The notes under the pieces: model-generated
Told to the model about the DNA's origin: nothing
Database searches by the model: none
The model's input: only the letters and a program-made list of their open reading frames with translations
In this document: positions 37,625-48,501 of the stretch, piece after piece
Layout: each line of letters opens with the position of its first letter
Position numbering within the stretch: the first letter of the stretch is position 1
Program-made: the position numbers and the translations under genes
DNA from: Syntrophorhabdaceae bacterium
GTDB lineage: Bacteria; Desulfobacterota; Syntrophorhabdia; Syntrophorhabdales; Syntrophorhabdaceae
Reading direction: 5' to 3'
DNA length: 64,000 nt
Assembly (NCBI GenBank): GCA_963665295.1
Contig: OY762209.1
Location: 64,001-128,000 of the forward strand

Positions 37625-37638
37625 GGGTTGCAAACCGC

Positions 37639-37857
37639 ATGCTGTATTCACGATCAAGGGAGGGTGTTTCAACGACTGAGCGCGTTGCTGTCTCTATTAA
37701 CGGCGTCGATCGCAGTTTCGTGGTCACAGACGGTGAAGGGTGCGTTCCACCGTCCGAAACCCTGCCGCACACGCTCCGGAACAGGCTGGGCCTGACCCCG
37801 ACAAAGCGGGGATACCGGCCTTGCCGTGAGGGAAGCGTCCTTCGTGGGACAGAATGA
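37639..37857 (+). pseudogene. Degenerate N-terminal fragment of a molybdoenzyme [2Fe-2S] subunit
   Basis: INGV...PSETLPHTLRNRLGLTPTKRG resembles TL..TLR..LGLTGTK.GC, but the Cys motifs are lost. Confidence 0.55.
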
Positions 37858-37959
37858 ATACAAACTGCATGACATGAAACAAGCGTTCCTGCGCGCATCG
37901 CAGCGACAACCGGGGAAACGGTTCGCCGTTTTCTATGGTAATCCGAAAAAGAGGAGTAT

Positions 37960-38415
37960 ATGACCCCCATGAAAACCATCGCGCTCCGACCGCACCACCT
38001 GTTGTGCCTGAGATTTCGTATCGTAGTCTTCCCCGACCGTTCGGGTAAATTCCCGGAGACCGAGAAGATGGTTATGGACGCTATCCGGGCGGAAAGCGCG
38101 GTCATGATCCACGTTGCCGAGGGCGTGGATGGCCTCTGCCGGGCCTGCCCGAACTGTGGGGCCGACCGCTGCGACGACCTGAAGGGTAATGAGGAAGTCA
38201 TCAGGGAAAGAGACGCCCTTATCTTGAAAGGCCTGGGGATATCGTACGGCACTGCCATGACGTCGGGGGAGTGGAGTGACCTGATAGCCGGAAAGGTACC
38301 TATGGAATTCTGCCTCACCCTGTGCCCGGCAAGGGCCGAATGCGTCGTGACCCGGGAAAAGGCCCCTCGTCCAGTACCTCTCTCACCTTCAGCAGGAGGT
38401 CGTTCGGCAGGATAG
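37960..38415 (+). CDS. DUF1284-like Cys/His metal-binding protein
   Basis: GAGGAG RBS; LRPHHLLCL, DGLCRACPN, RDALIL, CLTLCP...C. Confidence 0.75.
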   Translation: MTPMKTIALRPHHLLCLRFRIVVFPDRSGKFPETEKMVMDAIRAESAVMIHVAEGVDGLCRACPNCGADRCDDLKGNEEVIRERDALILKGLGISYGTAMTSGEWSDLIAGKVPMEFCLTLCPARAECVVTREKAPRPVPLSPSAGGRSAG

Positions 38416-40819
38416 GTTTTGAGATAAAGTGAAATTTCCTGTCTTCGATGCCTTTATCGAGGATCACATCTCTTGTGTAGCCACTGGTAAAGAGCACCTT
38501 GATAGACGGCCTGATGCTGCTTATCGCGTCATAGGCTTCCCGGCCGTTCTTTATGGGCATCACGGAGTCAAGGATAAGGATGTCTATCTTGTCTGTTGCC
38601 TTGAACCGTTCTATGGCCTCCGCTCCGTTGGTCGCTTCAATAATGGTATACCCGTACCGGCTCAATACGTCCCTTATAAGCCCCCGGACCGCCTCATTGT
38701 CTTCCGCCACCAGGATGGTTTCATTGCCCCTTTGAACCGGCGCCGTAGTCGATTTCGCCTCGGTCACTTTGTCGCTCACCACAGGGAGGTAGATATGGAA
38801 GGTCGTCCCTCTGCCCGGTTCGCTGTACACGGTAACATAGCCGTTATGTTGCTTGACGATACCGTAGACTGTGGAAAGACCGAGACCCGTTCCTTTCCCC
38901 GCTTCCTTGGTGGTGAAGAAGGGGTCGAATATCTTTTCCGTAGTCGGCCCGTCCATGCCCGTGCCCGTGTCGGAGATGGAGAGAAGGACATATCTGCCGG
39001 GCTCGCCGTAACCGTGAAAGTGTTTGAACTTTTCATCCAGTTCCAACGTTTTTGTCTCTATGGTAAAGACTCCGCCCCGAGGCATCGCATCCCCGGCGTT
39101 GGCGGCAAGATTGAAGAGAATCTGGTCGATCTGTGTTGCGTCGGCCATAATCGTGATGTCCTCCGGGTAGAGATGTGTCTTTACGAGTATATCCTCGGTA
39201 AGGAGTTGCTTGAGAAGTTTCTTCGTTCCCCTGATAACGCCGTGTATGTTGATCGGCTTGAGGTCCATGGCTTGCCGTCTGCTGAACCCTGAAAGACTCC
39301 GGACGAGGTCTCTCGCTTTTTGAGAAGCCGATAGGACATGATCCACGTATATCAGCGTGGTTGGGTCATTGGTTTTCGTTTTGAGGAGCCCCGCATATCC
39401 CAGAAGGGCCGTAAGGATGTTGTTGAAGTCATGGGCAATGCCGCCGGTGAGGGTGCCTATGGCCTCCATCTTCTGGGCCTGACGCAGTTGGGATTCGAGA
39501 TGCTTGAACCCGGTCTTGTCAAACAAAGACTCTATGGCACCCACCATGTTTCCTTTCTTGTCGAACAACGGTGCAGCGTGGCCGGCCAGGAAGGCGCCCC
39601 TCCCGTTATACGCGGCGGGTACAAACGCTTCACCGTAGAGTCTGTCCCCGTTTCTTCGTATCGATTGATACTCTTGCGATAACTCGTCGGAATCCATTGT
39701 CACGTAGTCGATCAATAAGGGCCTTCTTACGCCATAGAAAGGAACAGCGTAGGCAAAGTCACCCTTACCGATAATCCCTTCCTTTCCGACCCCCGTCATC
39801 TCCTCGCAGGCACGGTTCCAGGCTACCACCTTCTTTTCCTTGTCGATGACGAAGGTGGCGTCAGGCAAAAACTCTATTATGTCGAAAAGCCGTTGATGGG
39901 TGGCGCGAAGGTCCTCTTCAGCCCGTTTGCGTTCCGTAATATCCCTGCACACCGTATACATAATCTGCTTTCCCCTTATGGGTATTACGGTGAGGGAGGT
40001 GTCGATCCAGAGGTCTTCTCCGTCGAGGGTACGCCGCACCCATTCGAAACGATTCACCCCTTCCTTGAGCGCCACATCGATCAGTTCCCGTGCCTTCTCC
40101 GACGAAAGACGGCCGTCGGGTTGCCGTTTTGGCGCGAGATCGAAGGGGCGCAGTCCGATAAGTTGCTCCTTGGCGCATCGCAGGAGCTTAAGCGCGGCTT
40201 CGTTGCAGTCTATGAATACGACCCCGTCAAGCAACAGTATGGGGTCAGACGACTTCTCAAAGAGGAGCCTGAACTTTTCCTCGCTTTCCTGGAGGGCGTT
40301 CTCTGCGTGCCTGCGCTCTTCAATCTCTGCCTTTAACGCCCTGTTTGCCTGCGCCAGCTCCGCAGTCCTCTCATTCACCCGCCTTTCCAGTTCCTCGTGC
40401 GCCTTCCGAAGCGCCTGATCGGCCGCCTTCCGGGCGATGCGGGTCTCAGCCTCCCGCAATTCCCTGCTGATCGCGGGGACAAGCCTTGCAAGATTGCTCT
40501 TGCAGATGTAGTCGTGGGCGCCCGCTATCATGGCCTCAACCCCCACATCATCGCCGATGGTGCCGGAAACCAGAATAAAGGGTATCTCCATGTTCCGTTC
40601 CCGGTAAAGGTTGAGCGCCGCCCTGCCGCTGAAATGGGGCATGGTATAGTCGGCGATGATAAGGTCCGGGGCCTCCCTGTTCAGGGCGGAGATCATGGCT
40701 TCCGGGGACTCGACCCGCTCAAACACCGGCTTGTAGCCGCCGCGCTTGAGCTCATGAACCATGAGCAGGGTATCATCCTCGGAATCTTCGACGATCAGGA
40801 TGCGAAGGGGTCTCCCCAC
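38315..40819 (-). CDS. Hybrid sensor histidine kinase (REC-PAS-PAS-HisKA-HATPase-REC)
   Basis: LIIADY, GGIAHDFNN, FFTTKEAGKGTGLGL, ILVAEDN. Confidence 0.95.
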   Translation of the reverse strand: MGRPLRILIVEDSEDDTLLMVHELKRGGYKPVFERVESPEAMISALNREAPDLIIADYTMPHFSGRAALNLYRERNMEIPFILVSGTIGDDVGVEAMIAGAHDYICKSNLARLVPAISRELREAETRIARKAADQALRKAHEELERRVNERTAELAQANRALKAEIEERRHAENALQESEEKFRLLFEKSSDPILLLDGVVFIDCNEAALKLLRCAKEQLIGLRPFDLAPKRQPDGRLSSEKARELIDVALKEGVNRFEWVRRTLDGEDLWIDTSLTVIPIRGKQIMYTVCRDITERKRAEEDLRATHQRLFDIIEFLPDATFVIDKEKKVVAWNRACEEMTGVGKEGIIGKGDFAYAVPFYGVRRPLLIDYVTMDSDELSQEYQSIRRNGDRLYGEAFVPAAYNGRGAFLAGHAAPLFDKKGNMVGAIESLFDKTGFKHLESQLRQAQKMEAIGTLTGGIAHDFNNILTALLGYAGLLKTKTNDPTTLIYVDHVLSASQKARDLVRSLSGFSRRQAMDLKPINIHGVIRGTKKLLKQLLTEDILVKTHLYPEDITIMADATQIDQILFNLAANAGDAMPRGGVFTIETKTLELDEKFKHFHGYGEPGRYVLLSISDTGTGMDGPTTEKIFDPFFTTKEAGKGTGLGLSTVYGIVKQHNGYVTVYSEPGRGTTFHIYLPVVSDKVTEAKSTTAPVQRGNETILVAEDNEAVRGLIRDVLSRYGYTIIEATNGAEAIERFKATDKIDILILDSVMPIKNGREAYDAISSIRPSIKVLFTSGYTRDVILDKGIEDRKFHFISKPILPNDLLLKVREVLDEGPFPGSRRIRPLPGTG

Positions 40820-40822
40820 GGC

Positions 40823-41269
40823 CTAGTTACCTCCGCCGGGAGGGGGTTCATTCAGGACGAGCCAGTAGAGGCCAAGTTGCCTGACCGCTTCGATGAAGTT
40901 GTTGAAATCTACGGGCTTGCGGATGTAACTGTTTGCGCCGAAACGGTAGCCGTCGATGAGGTCCTGCTCTTCGCCGGACGTGGTAAGGATGACCACGGGG
41001 ACCAGTCTCGTCCGTTCATCCAGACGCAGCCTCTGCAGCACCTCGATGCCGCTTATCTTGGGCAGTTTGAGGTCAAGGAGGATGAGCACCGGCAGCACAG
41101 TCGCATCCCGGCCTTCAAAGGGGCCCGTGCCGAAGAGGTAATCAAGGGCTTCGGCACCGTCGCGGGCGATGGTTACGTCGTTCGTGATGCCATTCTTCTT
41201 TAAAGCCCGGAGTGTAAGGGTTATATCATTTTGATTGTCTTCAACGAGAAGAATAGTCTTTTCCTTCAT
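40823..41269 (-). CDS. Single-domain response regulator (Rcp1-like)
   Basis: [26 protein letters not shown]. Confidence 0.95.
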   Translation of the reverse strand: MKEKTILLVEDNQNDITLTLRALKKNGITNDVTIARDGAEALDYLFGTGPFEGRDATVLPVLILLDLKLPKISGIEVLQRLRLDERTRLVPVVILTTSGEEQDLIDGYRFGANSYIRKPVDFNNFIEAVRQLGLYWLVLNEPPPGGGN

Positions 41270-42755
41270 TCCTGCCTCTCAAAGTTTTCCGTCGTGAAAT
41301 GGTGAAATAGAATGTAGCTCCCTTTCCCACCTGCCCTTCCGCCCATACCTGTCCTTCATGGCGATGGATAATGCGTTGAACCGTGGCAAGGCCGATACCG
41401 GTGCCTTCAAATTCATCATCTCTGTGCAATCGCTGGAAGGGTGCGAAGAGCTTGTTCGCGTACGCCATATCGAAGCCCGCCCCATTGTCCCGCACAAAGA
41501 ACACCTGCATTCCCTGTTCTGTTACCGCGCCGAACTCTATTCTTCCGGGCCCATTACCGGTAAACTTATACGCGTTTCCGAGCAGGTTTTCCATCACTAT
41601 CCTGAGCAGGTTCTGATCCCCCTGCACCGTGATCCCGGAAGCGATGATAAATTCAACCCTGTGTGCGCGATCCGTCTTCCCAAGCTCTGCAGCTATGGCC
41701 GAAGCCATGGAACTCAGGTCAGCTCTCCCATAGTGGACCTCGGTCCTCGAGATGCGTGAAAGTTTCAGTATGTCGTCAATGAGTCGGGCCATACGCTGGC
41801 TCGCCAGGCGGGTCCGTGTCAGGAAGTCCTGGCCTTCCTCATCCAGTTGATCGTGGTAGTCCTCAAACAGGGCCTGGCTGAAACCGTCGATGGCCCTTAA
41901 GGGCGCCCGTAAATCATGGGAGACCGAGTAGCTGAAGGCCTCCAGTTCTTTGTTCAGGTCCTCCAGTTCCGCAGTCCTGCGCACGAGGTTTTCATGGGCT
42001 GTTCTGTTTTCCGCCTCTACCCGTTTTCGGTCCGTTATATCCCGGACTATAGACTGAACAAGGATCTCTCCGCCCAGTTCGATCCGGTTCAGGCTGACCT
42101 CGGCATCGAAGGGGGTTCCATCGATCCGGTAATGCCTCAATTCGAAAGACTGAGGTTCCCCGGAAAGGACTTTGTCCGTCTTCTCAACGAATTGTGCCCG
42201 CGTATCCTTCCCGTCCGGCTGGATGGCCGGTGAGAACTTCAGGATGGACTCTCCCATCATCACCTCGTTTCCGGAGCATCCGAACATTTTCAACGTCTGG
42301 GCATTAAGGTCGATTATTCTACCCTCTTTGGCGATCAGTATCGCGTCGTTGGCGCAGTCGAAGAGGGTTTTGTACTTTGCTTCGCTCTTTTTCAAGGCTT
42401 CTTCGGTCTCTTTGCGACTGGTGATATCCACAATAATGCCTTCGATTACGCCTTGTTCTGCGTAAACCCTAGCGGAATAGGAGCCCCAGAACAGGGAACC
42501 GTCTTTCTTCCTGAACTCGAGTTCAAGGTTGTACACATCCCCTTCTTCAATAAGCGACTCCTTGACCCGGTCTCTTGCCTCATCAGGCCGTACATAGAAA
42601 TCGGTGGCTGTGGTCCCTTCGAAGGAGTCCATGCCGAAGAGGCTTCGCATCGCCGGGTTCGCCTCGATGATCATCCCATCGCGGAGGGAACTCCAAAACA
42701 TGGCAACCACTGAATTCTCGAAAAGATTCCGATATTTGTCCATATGGCCCTTCAT
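41241..42755 (-). CDS. PAS-PAS sensor histidine kinase
   Basis: [29 protein letters not shown]; two PAS domains. Confidence 0.93.
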   Translation of the reverse strand: MKGHMDKYRNLFENSVVAMFWSSLRDGMIIEANPAMRSLFGMDSFEGTTATDFYVRPDEARDRVKESLIEEGDVYNLELEFRKKDGSLFWGSYSARVYAEQGVIEGIIVDITSRKETEEALKKSEAKYKTLFDCANDAILIAKEGRIIDLNAQTLKMFGCSGNEVMMGESILKFSPAIQPDGKDTRAQFVEKTDKVLSGEPQSFELRHYRIDGTPFDAEVSLNRIELGGEILVQSIVRDITDRKRVEAENRTAHENLVRRTAELEDLNKELEAFSYSVSHDLRAPLRAIDGFSQALFEDYHDQLDEEGQDFLTRTRLASQRMARLIDDILKLSRISRTEVHYGRADLSSMASAIAAELGKTDRAHRVEFIIASGITVQGDQNLLRIVMENLLGNAYKFTGNGPGRIEFGAVTEQGMQVFFVRDNGAGFDMAYANKLFAPFQRLHRDDEFEGTGIGLATVQRIIHRHEGQVWAEGQVGKGATFYFTISRRKTLRGRNEGKDYSSR

Positions 42756-42814
42756 CTCCCTTCCGACCCCGGAACCATCCACCTGTGTTCCTCCAACCCT
42801 CCCCTCTATTCGGG

Positions 42815-43369
42815 TCACATGGGCCCGTATGGGTAATACTCCACTTCCGGCCGCAGGTTTTGCATTTCTCCGTGGCTTTCCGCAAGAAGCGACTGGAAGA
42901 ATCTCTTCACCTCAGGTGATTCTGCGGTGAAGTCCAGTTGTTCCAGGGCCTGGTCGATGGATAATTCTCTGTTCTCGCGGAATGCTGCATCCGCCTTCAC
43001 GCATACGTTCCCCGACTCGTCTTTGATTGACGCGGCGATATGTATGTCCGTGCCCTCCATCCTGATCAATTCACTGGTCACCCTGTATGTTCTGCCGGGC
43101 GCCAGGGGCCTGATAAAATCCGTCCTCACGCTGCGGGTAACGCATATTTTCCTTATATTCGCATGAATTCCGTACCACATAACCACGTCCATTATGCCGA
43201 AAAGGATCGCGTTCGGAGCGGTACCGGTCCCGGCGCCGAATCGTTTATCCAACCGTAAGTCGCAGTATATCTCGTCATTATCCCACACCATCTTCAGTCT
43301 GAGACCGTCGGGCCTCTCCCGACTTACGAAAAATGAATTCTTGTGACCCGGCAACATATCCATAGCCAT
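42815..43369 (-). CDS. Hotdog-fold (PaaI-like) thioesterase
   Basis: GGAAAGGAG RBS; SFFVS...[19 protein letters not shown]...F..P; paralog of 44540-45070. Confidence 0.75.
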   Translation of the reverse strand: MAMDMLPGHKNSFFVSRERPDGLRLKMVWDNDEIYCDLRLDKRFGAGTGTAPNAILFGIMDVVMWYGIHANIRKICVTRSVRTDFIRPLAPGRTYRVTSELIRMEGTDIHIAASIKDESGNVCVKADAAFRENRELSIDQALEQLDFTAESPEVKRFFQSLLAESHGEMQNLRPEVEYYPYGPM

Positions 43370-43679
43370 TTCTCCTTTCCCGCGCCATCTCATTGTCTGC
43401 CGCCTGGAATCCGGACCGTCCGTCCTTCTCCCATCTGCAGCCGCCAACCCTTCCCCGGAAACAAATTGACAGCGCGCGCCACCGGCGGAAACCGGAATAC
43501 CGGGAACACCATAACCGTGGGGTCGTTCCATCGATCTCCCGCAAAGAAAGCATCTCTCTGCCCCCGTCGTAGGGGGGGTACTGGAGGGCCATCTTACCCG
43601 GCGGCCCTCCAGCGAAGGTTGGAGCATGATACACTTTCTTTCTTTTCATAAAGCCCTCGCCCATCAAGGGCGGGCCGGA

Positions 43680-44390
43680 TTAGTCAAGGGCCGTGGTCGC
43701 TTTAGGGACAACGCGCCACTTCGCCCACCCCTTTGCCGCCACTACCACCCCGACGGCCAAAGCAAGTTGAACACCATAATCAAGGAGACGGCTCGGATGC
43801 CCGTGGAACACGGTACGGACCATCCAGGGGTCGCTCACGATCATCTCTCCTGCGACCCTTCCCAGGACTGCCGCGCCGAGGAGCACGATCACCGGAAACC
43901 GGTCCATGAGCTTTGTAATGATACTACTCGCGAATACCACGATGGGGATGCTCGTGGCAAGCCCGATGAGAAGGAGAAGCAGGTCCCCCTTTGCCGCACC
44001 GGCGACCCCGAGCACGTTGTCGAGACTCATCACAAGATCCGCCATGAGGATGGTGATAATGGCCTGACGGAGGCCGTGCACTTCCTTCACGTCTTCATCT
44101 TCGGATTGGGGCAAAAGGAGCTTGAAGGCAATCCAGAGGATGAGGAGACCGCCCGCGAGTTTCACGAAGGATATCTCGAGGAGCTTCGCAGCCACGAAGG
44201 TGAGGCCTATCCTGAGTATTACCGCTCCCGCGGTGCCGAGTATGATGCCCCACTGTCTCTCCTTATCCGGCAGGGTGCGGACCGCCATGGCGATGACCAC
44301 TGCATTGTCTCCGGAAAGGATCATGTTGATAAACATGATGTTGAGAAGCCCGAAAAAGAAGACACCCGTAAATATGTGACCTAAATCCAT
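43680..44390 (-). CDS. TerC/YjbE family membrane protein
   Basis: LSGDNAVVIAMA, ADLVMSLDNVLGVAGAA. Confidence 0.93.
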   Translation of the reverse strand: MDLGHIFTGVFFFGLLNIMFINMILSGDNAVVIAMAVRTLPDKERQWGIILGTAGAVILRIGLTFVAAKLLEISFVKLAGGLLILWIAFKLLLPQSEDEDVKEVHGLRQAIITILMADLVMSLDNVLGVAGAAKGDLLLLLIGLATSIPIVVFASSIITKLMDRFPVIVLLGAAVLGRVAGEMIVSDPWMVRTVFHGHPSRLLDYGVQLALAVGVVVAAKGWAKWRVVPKATTALD

Positions 44391-44539
44391 CTAATACCTC
44401 CCGTATATTGTCCGGCAAGGGTGTCCACACCGGGTCCACACCTTCACGGTACTCTCGCTAAGTGCGGCAAGGGCGGCTCCTTTCGTGTCCATGGGGAACG
44501 CCACGTCCCCGGCCCCTTCGGGGAGAAACCGAAAGGTTT

Positions 44540-45070
44540 TTACACTTTCCATGGCTCATGTTTCTCCTGCATCGTGAAGCCGACTCCAGTGCGCAATGAA
44601 TTGAAGAAGTCCCTCATCCACGGCGTGGTATCGGTGAAATCCAGATTGTTGATGACATCTTCTATATTCGTGTTCCTACTTTCTTTAAAAAGGCCCGATA
44701 CCTTTGTATAGACACGGCCGTCCTGGTCTTCGATCCACGAATCGGCGTAAAAGTCCTTTTCATCGACATCCAACAGCCTGCTCTTCGCGCGATAGGTGAT
44801 ATTACACGGTATGGGCGTAAAACATTCTATGGTGGTCTTTCTGGTCATGCATATCTTTCCTGTTTGCATTATGAGGGCATACCACATGAGGGAGTCCATA
44901 ATCCCGAAGAGGATGCCGTTATAGGGCCTGTCCACTTCGTTTTTGAACCTCTCGTCGATTCGGAAGTCCGCATACACGTGATCACCCGTATAGAGTGCAT
45001 GAAGTCTCAAACCGTCTTTTCTTTTCTGACTGAAAAAAAAGGATTCTCTATAAGCGGGAAGTATCTCCAT
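44540..45070 (-). CDS. Hotdog-fold (PaaI-like) thioesterase
   Basis: SFFFS...GLRL, YNGILFGIMDSLMWY, CMTRK. Confidence 0.75.
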   Translation of the reverse strand: MEILPAYRESFFFSQKRKDGLRLHALYTGDHVYADFRIDERFKNEVDRPYNGILFGIMDSLMWYALIMQTGKICMTRKTTIECFTPIPCNITYRAKSRLLDVDEKDFYADSWIEDQDGRVYTKVSGLFKESRNTNIEDVINNLDFTDTTPWMRDFFNSLRTGVGFTMQEKHEPWKV

Positions 45071-45207
45071 CCGGCACCTCGATGTAGTGATTCGATATCC
45101 TTTTGTGCATCATCCGGAGTTCTGCGCCGAAGACTTGTGTCATGGTCCGGCCCCGGGATGCATTCACGGTTGCGCCCGCATCCACATCAACCCCTCATTC
45201 TAATAAA

Positions 45208-45233
45208 GGGCAGGGCCTCTCCGACCCTGCCCC
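45208..45233 (-). terminator. GC-rich hairpin followed by T-rich tract on the minus strand
   Basis: GGGCAGGGTC-GGAGA-GGCCCTGCCC-TTTATT. Confidence 0.55.
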
Positions 45234-45437
45234 ATTAAAAGGGGGGGTTACAACGAGGTGTGTTGCCACCTCAATTATGGGTTCCTGACTTCCGATGCTG
45301 CACAACCTGCCCCGGCTTTTGCCGGAAAATCCTGTCTGTCCTGTCAACAACATCCTAAATTTGCCGCATTCCCGCTTTCGCGGAAGTAACCCTTGGACTC
45401 CGCTCCTCCTTTTCGCAACTTCATGCTTTTAGGGGGA

Positions 45438-45465
45438 GGACTGGCCCGGCCGGCCGGGCCAGTCC
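45438..45465. terminator. Perfect 28-bp palindrome downstream of the CoA ligase
   Basis: GGACTGGCCCGGCCGGCCGGGCCAGTCC. Confidence 0.5.
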
Positions 45466-45567
45466 CTAAGGAGGAGGGTTACAAATACTACGTGTATAAA
45501 CTCTTACATCTCAAGCGGTCTTAAAGAGGACCGCGCTTTTTCGCTCAACCGGCGCCGGGCGCCTTTA

Positions 45568-47181
45568 TTATTGATGGTCTCCCCACATGCCGTACTTTTC
45601 TCTCAGGACCCTGTGGAGGATCTTGCCCGTAGGTGTTTTGGGCATCTCTTCGTCCTTGATAAAGGCAACCGTCTTGGGAACCTTGAAACCTGCGATCTTG
45701 CCTTTGCAAAAGGCCATTACTTCTTCCGGTGTGGCAGTCTGCCCTTCATGGAGCACTACGAATGCCATTACCGATTCGCCCCATTTCTCGTGAGGCACGC
45801 CGATTACCGCTACGTCCTTGACTTTGGGGTTGCCGCCCACGCAGTTCTCCACTTCGGAAGGATAGATGTTCTCGCCGCCGGAGATGATCATGTTTGCCTT
45901 CCTGTCAACGAGAAAGAGGTAGCCGTCTTCATCCTTGTAGCCCATGTCGCCTGCGCTGAAAAATTCGCCCTTCATTGCCGCCGCCAACTTCTCAGGCTCC
46001 TTCCAATAACCAGAAAGAAGCATGGCGCTTCTCGCGTATACCTCACCGACCTTGTTCGGACCGGTTACGAGGTTCCCTTCTTCGTCATAGAGCCGAATCA
46101 CGCTTGAACCGATGCACTCGCGGCCGCATGAGCCGAGCTTTGTAAGCTGTTCCTCGGGCCTCAGGACGGTGATCGCCCCGGTCTCTGTCGAACCATAGGC
46201 CTCATCCAACTGTGAATTGGGAAACATCTCAAGAACGGCCAGCTTTGTGTCTCTCCGCGCAGGTGCCGAGGAGATGAGAAGTTTCTTGACGCTGGACAGG
46301 TCGTATTTCTTCTTCACGTCGTCCGGCAATGCCAGGATCATGATGTACTGCGTGGGAACGAGGGAGGTGAAGGTCACCTTGTGCTCGGAAAAGGTCTTGA
46401 GCAGGTCTTCCGCGTCGAAACTGACGGTGTTGTAAGCCATAACCGCCGCGCCGATCCAGGTATTCACGAAGGAATAGTAAATCGAGTTGATGTGGCAGCA
46501 AGGCATGACGAGGAGGTTGACGCCGTCCGGCATTGCCGAGAAGCCGTGGTCGTGGATCATAATGAAATACTGGGCAATGCAGGACCGGTGGCTCTTCATT
46601 ACGCCTTTCGGTTTGCCCGTGGTGCCGCTTGTATACATAATGACCCAGATGTCTTCCGGGTCCACTCTTACATCGGGCTCTTCCGGGCCGGCTTTTGCCA
46701 TGGCCTCTTCGTAGTCCGTAAAACCCTCGTACTTGGGGGCGTCAAAGCCGAAGGAAACATAACCCGTTACGCCGGGGATGTCCTTCTTCATGCCGTTCAC
46801 CATATCGATCCAGGGGAATGGTTTCCCGTTCTTCTTGTCGATGCCGCCCTGAACTATAAAAACCTTGCACTCGGCATGGTTGATGTTGTATGCCATCTCC
46901 GCTGCGGAAAGCCTGAACATAAGGGGAACGATAATGAAGCCGCCCTTCGCCGCAGCGGCATAAATCTCCATCCACTCAACGCAATTGTAAGCGAGAGCGG
47001 CAAAGGTGTCGCCCTTTTTCATGCCCAGGGCCGTCAACGCGTTGGCGAGCCTGCACGACCTCTCATTCCACTCCTTGAAGGTATACTCCTTGTAAAGATC
47101 CTTGATGCCGAGCTTGTTGGGCCACTTTGCAGCGTTAACTTCAAGAACTTCTTTTGCGGTTGGCCAGAAATCTGACTTCAT
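45568..47181 (-). CDS. AMP-forming acyl-CoA synthetase
   Basis: YTSGTTGKPKG, YGSTE, GD, DRKANMIISGGENIYP, GKILHR. Confidence 0.95.
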   Translation of the reverse strand: MKSDFWPTAKEVLEVNAAKWPNKLGIKDLYKEYTFKEWNERSCRLANALTALGMKKGDTFAALAYNCVEWMEIYAAAAKGGFIIVPLMFRLSAAEMAYNINHAECKVFIVQGGIDKKNGKPFPWIDMVNGMKKDIPGVTGYVSFGFDAPKYEGFTDYEEAMAKAGPEEPDVRVDPEDIWVIMYTSGTTGKPKGVMKSHRSCIAQYFIMIHDHGFSAMPDGVNLLVMPCCHINSIYYSFVNTWIGAAVMAYNTVSFDAEDLLKTFSEHKVTFTSLVPTQYIMILALPDDVKKKYDLSSVKKLLISSAPARRDTKLAVLEMFPNSQLDEAYGSTETGAITVLRPEEQLTKLGSCGRECIGSSVIRLYDEEGNLVTGPNKVGEVYARSAMLLSGYWKEPEKLAAAMKGEFFSAGDMGYKDEDGYLFLVDRKANMIISGGENIYPSEVENCVGGNPKVKDVAVIGVPHEKWGESVMAFVVLHEGQTATPEEVMAFCKGKIAGFKVPKTVAFIKDEEMPKTPTGKILHRVLREKYGMWGDHQ

Positions 47182-47314
47182 TGCTTCCTCCTTGATAATG
47201 TATTGGGTCATCTGAAGACTTCATCACGTCAAATCCGATGGCCCTTCTAATCGTAGCTAAAGCATTCTGTCGCGTGCCTTTTACTCGCTCTGAATGCCTG
47301 GAAGGCCGAATTAC

Positions 47315-48490
47315 TCATATGCGCTCGATGAGCACTGCGAAACCCATGCCCCCGCCGGCACAAAGGGAGGCTATACCCAGATTAAGATTCTCGGCCATCA
47401 TTTCATAGAGAAGGGTGACGATCAGCCGGCACCCCGTCGCGCCGACCGGGTGGCCCAGAGAGATTCCATTTCCATAAATGTTTACCTTGTTCCGATTGAG
47501 CTTCAATGCTTTTTCGCAGGCCAGGTACTGGGCTGCGAAGGCCTCATTGATTTCGAACCGGTCGATGTCGTCCAGGTTCAGGTTCGCCTTTTTCAGGACC
47601 TCCTGAATGGCAGGCACAGGACCGATGCCCATATAACTGGGATCCACACCGGCCACGTGGTAGGCCCTTATCCGCGCAAGGGGTTTAAGACCCAACTCTT
47701 TTGCTTTTTCCTTGTCGGCCAGAACGATTACCGAGGCCGCGTCATTCATGGAACAGGAATTTCCGGCAGTAACGGTTCCGTCCTTTTTGAAGACGGCGGG
47801 GAGTTTTGCCATCATCTCTACATTTGCGTCCGCCCTTGCGTGTTCGTCCGTGTCGAAAAGAATGGGAGCTTTCTTGCGTTGCGGAATGGGGAAAGGTGCT
47901 ATCTCGGCTTTGAACCTGCCCTCTTTAATAGCCTTCACTGCCCGCTGGTGGCTCAGGACCGAGTACTCATCCTGTTCTTCCCTGGAGATATTATACTGGT
48001 CCGCGAGATTTTCGGCAGTCAGCCCCATCCCCACACCGATGAAGGGTTCCTGCATACCGGTCCAGACCAGATCCTGGGCTTTCAAGTGGCGCAGGCGCTG
48101 TCCCCAGCGCGCTGTCTGCATGAGGTAAGGTGCATTGCTCATGCTTTCCACGCCGCCGGCCAGCATTACATCCGATTCCTCACAGAGAATAGACTGTGTG
48201 GCCGAGATGATTGCCTGAAGAGAAGAGCCGCAGGTGCTGCTGATGGTAAATCCGGGTACCTCTTTCGGAATCCCGGCCCTGTAGGCCGCGCTTCGGGCGA
48301 TGTTTTGCTCGATTGCCCCGAAACTGCAACCAAAGGTCACCTTGTCTATCTGTTCGGGTTGAACATTGGCCCGGACCACAACGTCTCTGATGATATGCTC
48401 CGCCAGATCCAATGGCTGGATGTCCCTGAGAGTTCCACCAAAATCCCCGATGGCTGTCCTTGCTGCTCCTGCTATGACAATCTCCTTCAT
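47315..48490 (-). CDS. Acetyl-CoA C-acyltransferase (thiolase)
   Basis: STCGS, NEAF, GHPVGATG, CAGGG. Confidence 0.95.
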   Translation of the reverse strand: MKEIVIAGAARTAIGDFGGTLRDIQPLDLAEHIIRDVVVRANVQPEQIDKVTFGCSFGAIEQNIARSAAYRAGIPKEVPGFTISSTCGSSLQAIISATQSILCEESDVMLAGGVESMSNAPYLMQTARWGQRLRHLKAQDLVWTGMQEPFIGVGMGLTAENLADQYNISREEQDEYSVLSHQRAVKAIKEGRFKAEIAPFPIPQRKKAPILFDTDEHARADANVEMMAKLPAVFKKDGTVTAGNSCSMNDAASVIVLADKEKAKELGLKPLARIRAYHVAGVDPSYMGIGPVPAIQEVLKKANLNLDDIDRFEINEAFAAQYLACEKALKLNRNKVNIYGNGISLGHPVGATGCRLIVTLLYEMMAENLNLGIASLCAGGGMGFAVLIERI

Positions 48491-48501
48491 ATCTTCCTCC
48501 T

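Noticed and set aside
38315..42755. Phytochrome/light-sensing system (Cph1-Rcp1-like layout)
   Set aside because: The kinase has only generic PAS domains, with no GAF-PHY or LOV (NCRFLQ) motif; this is a common signalling triad.
43370..43667. Possible small ORF between TerC and the hotdog gene
   Set aside because: Overlapping frames without recognisable motifs or a clear RBS.
44391..44540. yybP-ykoY (Mn2+) riboswitch expected upstream of TerC
   Set aside because: I could not find the conserved GGGGAGUA...CAAUAC...GAGACC pattern; an Infernal/Rfam scan would settle it.
45330..45420. c-di-GMP-I riboswitch-like CCGC-GAAA-GCGG hairpin
   Set aside because: The flanking GGCAAA/GCAAA elements and P3 are not in the required order.
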